This document shows, one piece after another, positions 23,471 to 35,643 of a DNA stretch of 64,000 nucleotides. This DNA is from Eledone cirrhosa (taxonomy: Eukaryota). Positions within the stretch are counted from its first letter, which is position 1. Each line of letters opens with the position of its first letter. The stretch lies in assembly GCA_964016885.1 (NCBI GenBank), contig OZ024740.1, positions 370,078,001 to 370,142,000 of the forward strand. The letters run 5' to 3'. The notes below the pieces were generated by a model. It had not been told where the DNA came from. It saw nothing but the letters and a program-made list of their open reading frames with translations, and made no database searches. A program made the position numbers and the translations under genes.

Positions 23471-25487
23471 TTCCCTTGCTTTTATCGAGAATCTAATTGT
23501 AATACGTGACGTATTCTATTCTATAGCGATTAGGTCTTCAAAATGTTTATTATAAACATACAGAATATTTTCGAATATTCTATGTCTATTTTCACATATA
23601 TATCGCTATTTCAGAGCATTTATTCCAATTTCTAATTTCTGCCGGACCGGCAACCGCTCTTTCAAACCAGTTTCTGTACACAGCTAAGTATTCTATAAGT
23701 CTCTAGCTGTGTCATTCTCGATAAAAGCACTGGATATGTAGTCCTGAAGATTTCTAATAAGAATGAAACGCGTAGATTACTTCCCTTGCTTTTATCGAGA
23801 ATCTAATTGTAATACGTGACGTATTCTATTCTATAGCGATTAGGTCTTCAAAATGTTTATTATAAACATACAGAATATTTTCGAATATTCTATGTCTATT
23901 TTCACATATATATCGCTATTTCAGAGCATTTATTCCAATTTCTAATTTCTGCCGGACCGGCAACCGCTCTTTCAAACCAGTTTCTGTACACAGCTAAGTA
24001 TTCTATAAGTCTCTAGCTGTGTCATTCTCGATAAAAGCACTGGATATGTAGTCCTGAAGATTTCTAATAAGAATGAAACGCGTAGATTACTTCCCTTGCT
24101 TTTATCGAGAATCTAATTGTAATACGTGACGTATTCTATTCTATAGCGATTAGGTCTTCAAAATGTTTATTATAAACATACAGAATATTTTCGAATATTC
24201 TATGTCTATTTTCACATATATATCGCTATTTCAGAGCATTTATTCCAATTTCTAATTTCTGCCGGACCGGCAACCGCTCTTTCAAACCAGTTTCTGTACA
24301 CAGCTAAGTATTCTATAAGTCTCTAGCTGTGTCATTCTCGATAAAAGCACTGGATATGTAGTCCTGAAGATTTCTAATAAGAATGAAACGCGTAGATTAC
24401 TTCCCTTGCTTTTATCGAGAATCTAATTGTAATACGTGACGTATTCTATTCTATAGCGATTAGGTCTTCAAAATGTTTATTATAAACATACAGAATATTT
24501 TCGAATATTCTATGTCTATTTTCACATATATATCGCTATTTCAGAGCATTTATTCCAATTTCTAATTTCTGCCGGACCGGCAACCGCTCTTTCAAACCAG
24601 TTTCTGTACACAGCTAAGTATTCTATAAGTCTCTAGCTGTGTCATTCTCGATAAAAGCACTGGATATGTAGTCCTGAAGATTTCTAATAAGAATGAAACG
24701 CGTAGATTACTTCCCTTGCTTTTATCGAGAATCTAATTGTAATACGTGACGTATTCTATTCTATAGCGATTAGGTCTTCAAAATGTTTATTATAAACATA
24801 CAGAATATTTTCGAATATTCTATGTCTATTTTCACATATATATCGCTATTTCAGAGCATTTATTCCAATTTCTAATTTCTGCCGGACCGGCAACCGCTCT
24901 TTCAAACCAGTTTCTGTACACAGCTAAGTATTCTATAAGTCTCTAGCTGTGTCATTCTCGATAAAAGCACTGGATATGTAGTCCTGAAGATTTCTAATAA
25001 GAATGAAACGCGTAGATTACTTCCCTTGCTTTTATCGAGAATCTAATTGTAATACGTGACGTATTCTATTCTATAGCGATTAGGTCTTCAAAATGTTTAT
25101 TATAAACATACAGAATATTTTCGAATATTCTATGTCTATTTTCACATATATATCGCTATTTCAGAGCATTTATTCCAATTTCTAATTTCTGCCGGACCGG
25201 CAACCGCTCTTTCAAACCAGTTTCTGTACACAGCTAAGTATTCTATAAGTCTCTAGCTGTGTCATTCTCGATAAAAGCACTGGATATGTAGTCCTGAAGA
25301 TTTCTAATAAGAATGAAACGCGTAGATTACTTCCCTTGCTTTTATCGAGAATCTAATTGTAATACGTGACGTATTCTATTCTATAGCGATTAGGTCTTCA
25401 AAATGTTTATTATAAACATACAGAATATTTTCGAATATTCTATGTCTATTTTCACATATATATCGCTATTTCAGAGCATTTATTCCA

Positions 25488-25520
<33 letters not shown>

Positions 25521-25624
25521 TATATTTATATATATTTGTGTGTGTGTGTATATAAACATACATAGATATACACAAACACACGCACACACATATATACACG
25601 TGTATATATATATACAAACATATA

Positions 25625-25805
25625 TGATTGTGTGTGGTAAAAAACAGTTAGACCGTAACCCACCTAGGTACTCGATATTTGGGGCAGTAGATTGGTTAAT
25701 ATGAAAGATTCAGGACCCCGACGTCTGAGCTCCAGCCGTTTCGACAGTTTGGTTCTAGCTGCTGAATCGGCCGGAGCTCAGTCGTCGGGGTCCTAAAGTT
25801 TATAC
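25625..25805 (-). mobile_element. Short fold-back element related to 6855-7040
   Basis: AGGACCCCGACG.CTGAGCTCC / GGAGCTCAGTCGTCGGGGTCCT arms; minus-strand TATCGAGTAC motif. Confidence 0.65.
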
Positions 25806-26614
25806 ATATATATACAAATATATTTATATATGCCAGGTGATTCTATTACATTAGACATAGCCTGGGCCAATAGTAGCCGAAACCTGTGAAAGTTATCAAC
25901 GTTATATATATATGAGCAAGTATTGCACCAAGAAAAACGGCGGCGTGAAGAGATTTGGAATTAATTTGCTTTGACATATGTTCCTGTCTATATTATAAAT
26001 TGTCTACATATGCTGACTACAATATATATTGTTTAATCATATGCAATACATAATTATTCATTACACTTCATCAGAAAGCCAATATTAATGGTTGAGTCGC
26101 AGGGCAGCCAGGACTTCCTGGGTGGGTGTGAGGCAACTACTCACTACGCGGTAGAATTCAGCAATGAGATTTTCGTTTAAGGAAATGTAAATAAGTTTTA
26201 AGTAGAATGAAATACAGTCGGTTAGTGTGATAGTAGAGAGGAGAGGTAGTGGGGGTAAAGAATTTCACACTTTCAATCTGTGTGCTGCAATGTGGATCAA
26301 TTATTCTTTGACCATTGGTATAGGTGAATGTTTTGACGTTTACCATATTTGGGGGGTAGATATGTTATAAAAGGACAGAAAATAGAGGGTAGAGACTAAG
26401 AGTAGGCTAGAGTGGGTAAGTAGGAAAGGAAATATGAAAATGAGATTATTTTGAATATAACCGAATCTATTCGGTGTGAAAAGTTCAAATGCCACCGGAA
26501 ATGTACTACATAGGATATAGTAAAACCCAAGTATTAGGGATCGTGTCTTGTTCTAGTCCAGTTTGTATTAGCGAAAATTTTTAGAAGCTTGTGTTTGCAA
26601 TTAAATATCCTGCT

Positions 26615-27465
26615 AGCAGGAAAGGACTTGATGGCAGACATGATGTCTCCGTCGGAAGCCACAAGGAGCAAGTGGGGATCGGGGGGTAGTATGTGTCTAA
26701 GGTCAGCGGGTGGCTCAGGGTGGTTGAGTCGCAGGGCAGCCAAGACCTCGTCGGTGGGTGTGAGGCAACCGCTCTGACTGCAGCCGAGGCATCAACCATG
26801 ATTAGTTTAACGTTTACGTGGTCACGTAAAACGCGTGACGCTGTCCTCATGAGTGGAGGATTGAAGACACCTCAGAACAGGGTGTATGGCGTCCTTTGGC
26901 ACGCTTGGGATGTCGAAACATTGGCCTTGACAAAGGCTGCTGTCGACAGGCCGCCTGGGTCAGCGCCAGATTTGGAGAATCCAAGGGAGAGTGGGGCGAA
27001 ATAAAAGAGGCGCTCCTAGTCGGTGGCTCGATTAGAGTCCAGGGCACTCTCAATTGAGGAAGCGAGGCCATCGGCTACCGGCACGGGTGCCGCTCTCGGG
27101 ATCTTGAACGGTACGTTCCGGAGCCGCCTGAGCCGAGCGAAGTTGACCGGCTTGGGCATCAGGCAAGCTCGCTGTCTCATCTGGTGGTGTACCAGACGTC
27201 CTTGGCTGGGCAGACGAGTGGACGAGACAGATGCTGCATCTCCATGCTGAGAGGGCACTGGAGGCTCGAGGCGTCAAGCCAACACAAGTGAGGTAGTGGA
27301 AGCAGCCGCACCCCAAACAGTTCCGGCCCCTCTTCCGCTTGTTCGTGGTGATGCAAGTGCTTCAGGTGTCGACTGGTGAAGGAGGATGGGGCGTGGAGCC
27401 GGGGACTGCGATACAAAGTGGCATCAAGGGCGAATGGCAGGTTGTCATCGGCCTGGGTGCTACGG
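26615..27465 (-). mobile_element. CRE-clade-like non-LTR retrotransposon, 5' fragment with PHD-type finger
   Basis: GCGCFHYLTCVGL...WRCSIC (PHD-like), KIPRAA, DASAAVRAVAS..., EVLAALRLNHP and DIMSAIKSFPAG, typical of the region preceding the RT in CRE elements; GC-rich and frameshifted; short duplicate at ~26090-26150. Confidence 0.62.
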
Positions 27466-28147
27466 CAATGTGTGTTTGTGTGTGTCTGTATGTCTCTGTG
27501 TATGTATGTGTATGTGTATGTATTTATATGTTAGTAGTTTACCAGCATCACCACAATTACAACATAAATTGTACAGCAGAGCCTAGTTTCTGTCTATGAA
27601 CCTTAAACTTACTGGCACCTCTCGCTTCTAGAGTGCCATACGATAAAATATACATAAACGAATATATAGAATAGAAGTAATCAAGACTGCATAACTGTGT
27701 ATATAAAGTTACACATTATTAGTTATATATGTATGTAATCAGGCCAACGACGTATTTCTCTGTACTTTGAAACGTGATACACACATTTCAGCAGTTTCCA
27801 TGCTTAATTAGTCTTTCATGGAAAGGAATGTATATCATTAAAACAACTACAAAGAAATATGTAATTAAGGAGATTTTATACGCACCCATAGTATCATGAC
27901 GTGAACTCATTAATTTACATATTATTAGCGCTTATGTTGGTGTTTAATGAAGATATACTGTATATTAATAAACGAAGATCTTGGTTTTACTTGATTAACA
28001 AGTCTGATAATTAGATCCGATTGGTATTGGGTCGATAACATTTACATGGATCCTGAGCCACACAACTGTGAACCAATCGTGTGTATAATCAATGAGGACC
28101 TTAATGTAAACCTGGTTTTGTATATATATATATATTTTTTTTTCAAA

Positions 28148-28324
28148 TATGGAAAAGGCTTCTACAGGACTAGAACTGTTTCATTCGGGAGGAAGCCCTG
28201 ATGATTTCTCCCGAATGAAACACTTCTAGTCCTGTAGAAGACTTTTCTATATAAAATATGTATACTCTGCTTTGTATTGAGTACCTTACTTACTGTGGTA
28301 CCCCCGATTGAACCCCAGATAAAC
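28148..28324 (+). mobile_element. Short pLTR-like element with 5' fold-back (family of 9216-9410)
   Basis: Arms 28152-28191 / 28208-28247, CTGATGA..GAAAC core, TACTC..GAGTA hairpin. Confidence 0.75.
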
Positions 28325-28328
28325 TTAT

Positions 28329-28622
28329 ATCACCTGCACATCCACCCACGTTGTCTATGCCCTCCGGTGTACTCTTAGCGGGTCTGTATCTATCGGACAA
28401 ACGGGACGCCGTATAGCGGACCGTTTTGCCGAACATTTGAGGGACATATGACTCGGTTTGGATACTCCTGTTGCCCGTCATTTCTGTTCTCCTGGTCATT
28501 CTTCCCTACATGTTTCAGTCCTGGGTGTCCTTTTACATCATGGATCACAGGCCTCGCGCACCAGGACTGAACAAAGTCTGATTCAGCGCCTTAGGTCCTA
28601 TTCCCCTCTTGGACTCAACTAA
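28329..28622 (+). pseudogene. Neptune-type PLE GIY-YIG endonuclease fragment (absent from ORF track)
   Basis: Manual translation ITCTSTHVVYALRCTLSGSVSIGQTGRRIADRFAEHLRDI*LGLDTPVARHFCSPGH...RTEQSLIQRLRSYSPLGLN*; one internal stop at 28449. Confidence 0.88.
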
Positions 28623-28891
28623 CCACCTCAATTTCTCTAATACTCCGTCCATTATCACACCCCTAGATTCCTATCGCTTTCTCTTGATCATTAGCAGCTT
28701 CTTTTACAACTAATACATGCCGACTATATATGGTCACTCCACTTTTCCCTTCACTGCTCTGTATACACACATACACACCCTTATATCAACATATTTTTGC
28801 TCATCGCTTCGTACTTACATGCATACACAATCTTTTACTCACATATACACACACATTTCTTCTTAGCTTCGTACGGAAAACACACACACGC

Positions 28892-28934
<43 letters not shown>

Positions 28935-29161
28935 TGCTTACGCACGTGCTCAGGTATAGCTCTTTTTAAAAAACGTGTTTTTTCCATTTCAGGTAGACGC
29001 GCTCCCTCATCCACTTTTCTAAAAAAATAAATCATACACAAAACGCCAGCCCCAACAGATTTGCAAGAGATGTCAACATGAATGAACCTGTTTTTTATCT
29101 AAAATCATGTTTTCTAATTCCATCCCGCCCGTCCCCTCAATCTATCTTATTACTCATCCTT

Positions 29162-29197
29162 TCTTCTGATGAAGGACTAGCGTCGGAAACGTTAAGA
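29162..29197 (+). ncRNA. Minimal type I hammerhead in PLE 3' pLTR
   Basis: TCTT-CTGATGA-AGGACTAGCGTCG-GAAA-CG-TT-AAGA: stem I TCTT/AAGA, palindromic AACGTT stem III; ~90 bp before the (TA)n end. Confidence 0.8.
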
Positions 29198-29281
29198 CCC
29201 TATTCCTGCTATATCAAGCTTTAACCTAATATACCACTTCCATACACTGTACCAATTGTGTTGTTATTCCTGTTTACATTT

Positions 29282-29324
<43 letters not shown>

Positions 29325-29378
29325 GGGGGGTCGTGTGTGTGTGCGGGTGTGTGTGCGTGTGTATATATATATATGTGC

Positions 29379-29421
<43 letters not shown>

Positions 29422-32302
29422 AACGGTAAACAGAAATAACAACGTGGTCGGCTGTACAAAAAGGGTTTATTTATAGTATTAACAATTGTTTCATTGATCA
29501 GTTGAGTCTAAAAGACGCTGATCACTCGAAATCACTACTATTACTCCAACAATAACCTGCATGGGAATCCTGGCAAACTCGCTACCTAACTAGGTTAACC
29601 TCTTGTTGAGTTAAACAACCCCGTACGTTAAAACTATCCATAGTACAGAGTACTCACAACCTCTAACTGGATTACCTAAAACGATAACTTGTTACCCTAT
29701 ATATATATATATAATACAGATAGATGGATATATGCATATTCATATCTATGAATGTATTATCTGTATGTATATGCGTTTATACTATGCATATTCTCTTTTT
29801 CCTATGAGAATTCAAACGACAGGATCCTACATTCTATAAATAGGGTGCATTTAGATCTTACAGTATATGAAATATGTGTTTATGTTTTTTTCTGGACGCT
29901 GTATCTGTTGTATCAGCCTTGCTAAATTTGTTTCTATAAGTATCTGTCTTTGCGCTGAAACATCCATTATTAAAGAAGCGAGATTTCCTTATTGAAAAGG
30001 TCATTTACCGAGAAATCTAATTACATTATTTGCCCCATCAAATTTTACTTCCCTTTTTTTAATAAGTGGCTCTAATTAAACTTGAAATATCATGAGATAT
30101 AACAGAAAGAGTGTATTGATGCTGTGTTTTGGTTTTCTTACTTTATTCTAGTTTTTACTTTTGAATTTCTAACAAGCATCGTGTATGTTTGTGTGTATGC
30201 GGGCTTGTGTGCAAGTATATTATTTATAACATTCAATTCTAACTCAATGCATTGTAGAAGATACACATACACTAACAAACAATAATCGTGCTTCTCAAAT
30301 ACATTTATTTTTGAAATTCTTTCTTTTCTCATTATTACAAACACGTAAAAATAAAACCCAATTTAGCGATCGTTCAATACATTCTCTTCTTGTGGGTTAA
30401 CCGTTTAATTCGTCCTAGACAAAACTAGAAAAACATCTCTCCATATAACATGTATGAATTCACACATGTGTGCATTTCTATAAGAGCACAGCGGAGGTCT
30501 TCGTTTGAATTGTTTTTAATTGTATTATCAAAATTAAATTCCCTATTGAAATATTTCTATTTCTTTTGATAACTCTCTATAGACATTTTTATACCACTTC
30601 ATATGTACCCTCGAGATGGAGTGAGTTTGATCATTGTCGATAATGGGATAACATCTTGGCAGATTTTTATTCGATAACATCTTCCTCGTAACGCATTCTT
30701 TTTACCATGACGTAAAGCATTCTTTTTAACGTGACGGAGGGATATGGGGTTTTGGTTCGTGCTCTGTAAAGTAATATGAGGTGCTGTTTCTTTGTTGCTA
30801 GATCATGGTCATATTTATAAGAACAGCTATTTCACGGATACTAGTTTCGAATGATTAAAATTAAAGCAACAATCTAAAATAACTGTATCAACCAGCAGAT
30901 GTCGGAGTGGAATTTCAAAAACAAAGGAATTTTACATACAAAAATACATTACGATAGAAGGAGAGAAATAAAAATAAATACAGCCACGTAAATTGCCGGT
31001 AAATATATGTCAGCCTAGCAAAGGAATGGTGGTGTAATATACTGAACCAGTAATAATATGATCTTAATGAATTCTAGTCTAGTTGCTTGATGCTGTTTAC
31101 AGGACCAGCTAACAAGTGAAGCTGAAATGAACCATTTACTATGAAATGCACATCAGCACTGGATTCAGTCATAATGTTTTATCTATATAGTATTTCAGGT
31201 CAATACTAATTATGACAATCAATATTAATTACATTTATTGGAAACTATCTATGAATTTCGGGGTTCTAGGTATATCGTATTAGGTATATTTGGTGCACAC
31301 AAGGGGACGTAATAGCGTATAGAAATAGTTTCCGTATTGCAACGTGTATGTTCATGATAATACCTTGATTCACAAATGTTCATCTTTGTGAAAAGCTAGG
31401 CTTGAGTTATACATGAAACACATGGAAAATCCAAATTGTTTCACATAAGTGTGTATGTGGTATTTAAAATTAAGGCCTTATTGCATACAAAGAAAATAGC
31501 AAGTTACCATCCTTTCCCTGAGCACCATTATGTATAGCGTGTATTGGACATTTTAACCATGCGAAGCAGACCTCATCGTCATGTCGAATCATAGTCAATT
31601 TCTTCTTCTAGAAAAGGAAAGAGAAAAGGAGAGAGATGACGCATGGAACAGTCATAGAGGGAGAATCGACCCTGGTACCAGACTGTTACATTTTTATTGG
31701 CCCCGAAAAGATGAAAAGCAAAGTTGACCACTGTGGGATTTTTGTTTAGAGAGCCGAAACCAATGACACAAATTACATTATCCAATGTTCGCTGGAAAAC
31801 TATGTGTAATTTTAATTAATACAACTTATTTCGCTAAGTACAATTAACTATTTGTTTTTCATCTACTGATGCGGAGTAGATTTCGTAGTCTATCATTGAA
31901 TATCTCAGTCAATCAGAATTTATCACTGTGGAAAAGGAAGGCATATAGATAGAAAGAAAAGCAAAGGCCACTGGTCTCATGTTGGTCTCATATTGGTCTC
32001 ATGTGCCAGCGGCTAGTTGGGAATGTACTTTATTTTATGCTCCACCTGTTTTTTCGCTGAAAATAAGCGCAAGAAACATCCACGAATGCATGAAAGATAG
32101 ACTGGAGCCGCGTTAAGCAGTGTCAGCTTCTTTACATCCTAAGAGACTAACATATGTTTCTATATGTCTCTTGTTTTTAAAAGGAGGTCACGTATGTTAA
32201 AAATCACTGAATAATTGCTCCGAAGACTCCAAACCTCGGTTTGGAAGAAACAATTGTAAGCAGATAAATGATTTAAACAGAACTTTGTTTCATGTAATCT
32301 CC

Positions 32303-32347
<45 letters not shown>

Positions 32348-32765
32348 ATCAAAAGATGGTTAAAGGAGTTCCATATATTTTATTATGCGCATTTCAAAAA
32401 CAAACATCATCAAGCAATAATATTTGTGTTTTCATCAGATAAAACAGGAGAACATGATATGAAGGCTAAAAAAACACTTGTTGATAGTGCAGTTTTAAAT
32501 CAACATATGAAAAGTGGTTTTAGATTGATGTGTGATATTGGGAAAAATATTTTATTTAGAGAGGGGGGGGACAGGATGAAAAGGGAAGGAGATTAGAGGG
32601 AGAGATGGGTGATAGAGAGAAAGAGATAGTTTTTATAACTACTCCAGTCCCACAAACTGTAGAGTGCTTCTTATCCGATATCTGCATTGCTTTATTGTAC
32701 TACAATAAAACTCACCTCCTACATATATATATATATATATATATCAATCTCGGGAATTTTACCCG

Positions 32766-32810
<45 letters not shown>

Positions 32811-33120
32811 CATAAATATTGTATATATATAAAAATAAAAAGGTGGAAGGGGTAAACAAATAGTTGGGAATACGACAAATAATAAATAAATAAATAGATA
32901 AAGGTATAAATGCAGAGTTAGAGCACTCAACAAGTTCCGGGAGCAAATAATCAATGAAAATAAACATTAAATCACTCTGTATGTAATTATACATATACAT
33001 ACACATATATACATATACACAGACACACAACCATACAAATATATATGTATATAGGAAGAAGTATGAACCGCGACGGCAGAGCTCAAGCCGTTTCGACGGC
33101 TATTATGTATATATATATAA

Positions 33121-33179
<59 letters not shown>

Positions 33180-33878
33180 TACACTAATACACACACACAC
33201 ATATATACAAAAAGTTACATCACCACGATAATAAAAATACACACACACATATAAACAAACACACGTATATATATATATATATATATATACATTCATATAC
33301 CTGCAGATATATATAATTATATACACATGTATACATACATATATATATACATATATACACATATAAACAATAGATACATACACACAGAAATAAATATCTA
33401 TAAATATGCAGAAAGGGAATTTAAAAGCAGGCTAGTTCACCTCGTGCGGAATTATGAAAATAAACACACATGGAGAAACATGGCTGGTGAGGTCAGAATG
33501 AGACGAATGTCTGTTTACAAGAAGCAGCAGTCAAAACATTCCGAAAAAAGCTCTACAAATGTATGGAGTTCAGCATATAGCAATATTATCGCGGTTTTAA
33601 AAAAAAAGACCGGGATTAGTCACAAATAATTTTAAGCACTTTAAGAAGAATTCCGAGTATAAATATAAATGAAAGTAGAGAAATTAATGTGAGCAAGAAG
33701 CCAACAGTATTTCATAATATATAAGAGACTATAACGTCAAAATGGAAAATATTTAACGTAAGATATGGGAAAATAATTCAAACACAATTTTTAAAAAATC
33801 AAGACAGAGATTTTATCCACAGATTTTGTGGAATATATATATATAGTTAAAAGAATAGAGGTGTAACACACAAGTTAT

Positions 33879-34282
33879 TATATATTGGTAAACGGAATAG
33901 AAAATGCTGACAAATTGTTCACAGTTGAAAAATGGTTTAATTAGGAATAAAAGAGTATTAGTGATTGTATGGGTTAGTATTCAGTTGTGGTTTTAAGTTT
34001 TTAAGTTTTTACCGGTTGCGGATTTCTAAATGCTTTTCAAAAATAATTTTGAGATAGAGTGTCCGTGCTGTTTGCTCTGATCAGAGCAAACAGCACGGAC
34101 ACTCTATCTCAAAATTATTTTTGAAAAGCATTTAGAAATCCGCAACCGGTAAAAACTTAAAAACTTAAAACCACAACTGAATACTAACCCATACAATCAC
34201 TAATACTCTTTTATTCCTAATTAAACCATTTTTCAACTGTGAACAATTTGTCAGCATTTTCTATTCCGTTTACCAATATATA
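33879..34282. repeat. Perfect 404-bp palindrome with no spacer
   Basis: Centre ...GCTCTGA|TCAGAGC... at 34080/34081; 202-bp arms with no mismatch seen, both ending in TA repeats. Confidence 0.93.
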
Positions 34283-34569
34283 TATATATATATATATATA
34301 AAAACAAATAACGAAACGAAATTAAATTTCGTTTCGCTTCTAACTCACTTTTGTATGACTGACGCTTAAACAATTAAGTTAAAAGTGTACATCTACATAT
34401 GTATACTGAAATACTAGTATGCATATAAATACACACATGTATACATATGTACATGTACTGAGTTTTTCACTGGACACTTTACTGTGAGTGTCCAGCTAGT
34501 CTGTATGTAACCAAACAGACAAACCGGGTTTTAGAGTCATACGGGTTTTCAAGGAAACACATTTCCTCT

Positions 34570-34664
34570 ATTCTCCAGAGAGCCAGACAGGAATATTGGA
34601 CTAGTTTCGATGTTATTACATCTCATCAGCAATATATACCCATCTTCCGGCTTCTCTAGAGAAT
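34570..34664 (-). ncRNA. Type I hammerhead ribozyme with extended stem I (second retrozyme-like family)
   Basis: ATTCTCTAGAGAAGCCGGA-AGATGGGTAT-ATATTG-CTGATGA-GATGT-AATA-ACATC-GAAA-CTAG-TC-CAATAT-TCCTG-TCTGGCTCTCTGGAGAAT. Confidence 0.92.
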
Positions 34665-34716
34665 CGTAAAAGCACATATCGTTATATGCTTTTTCTATAT
34701 ATTTACATATATGTAA

Positions 34717-34973
34717 GATTTGTGTGTATCAGCAAGTGTATATGTATATATATATATATTGTTATATATATATTGTTATACTTTGGGAGGGTCATGTTGC
34801 TAATAAGAAACACACGCACCAGTTGCTTTCACTTCAATGTATTATAATAAATTGAAGTGAAAGCAGCTGGTGCGTGTGTTTCTTATTGGCAACATGACCC
34901 TCCCAAAGTATAACAATATCGGTTTCAACTCCCGTTTTCAGATAAAGAATCTTGCTAAACAAATTCAGAAACG

Positions 34974-35033
<60 letters not shown>

Positions 35034-35060
35034 GATTTGTGTGTATCAGCAAGTGTATAT
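34717..35060. mobile_element. Fold-back insert flanked by 27-bp direct repeats
   Basis: Inverted arms ~34770-34838 / 34851-34919; GATTTGTGTGTATCAGCAAGTGTATAT at 34717-34743 and 35034-35060. Confidence 0.75.
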
Positions 35061-35318
35061 ATATATGTGTGTGTGTGTGTATCATTTTTACTATTAAATG
35101 GCTTATACTGGACTAGAACTGTTTCATTCCAAAATAAATCATCATATATTGAGTACATTTGATTTATGTATGTAAGCATGCTTCTGTAATATACTCTCGG
35201 AATGTATACAGGGTATGCAAGTGCTGTACTATTTTATCACACTATGACATTCACTTTGGGAATAACTCATCTTATAATCATAAATGCTCTCTCTAGATAC
35301 AATAACAATGATATATCT

Positions 35319-35429
<111 letters not shown>

Positions 35430-35643
35430 AGGGATAACAAAATATCGTTTATAGGTAATCCAGTTAGAGGTAATGAATACTGCGTATTGTGGATAGTTTT
35501 AGCGTACGGCGTAGTTTGACTCAACAAGGTTTCGTGGCGAATTTATGAGTTCTCTTGCATTCCTATGTAATTTTATCTTGGAGTAATAATATAGAAAGAG
35601 TGAACAATAATATGGTCAACAATACAAAAAAGGGGGTTTTATT

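Larger units (their letters stand above)
22235..25489. mobile_element. Non-LTR retrozyme-like tandem array: 310-bp hammerhead-containing monomer, ~3.6 copies (-) joined head-to-head to ~6.9 copies (+)
   Basis: Exact 310-bp period (TTCAAACCAG at 23351, 23661 ... 25211); units appear identical; orientation switches at 23348-23349; both ends abut (TA)n. Confidence 0.92.

Noticed and set aside
22235-25489. CRISPR array or ordinary centromeric satellite
   Set aside because: No unique spacers or cas genes and eukaryotic context; each unit carries a ribozyme and the array is short, inverted and TA-inserted.
28449-28451. In-frame TGA as selenocysteine (some Naiad PLEs encode selenoproteins)
   Set aside because: It falls at a non-Cys position (DI*LG, likely CGA to TGA decay); Cys codons in the Naiad ORFs here are ordinary and I could not identify a SECIS.
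33327-33830. ORF with REFKSRL as GIY-YIG relic or host exon
   Set aside because: Only one short motif resembles the PLE endonuclease; no other support.
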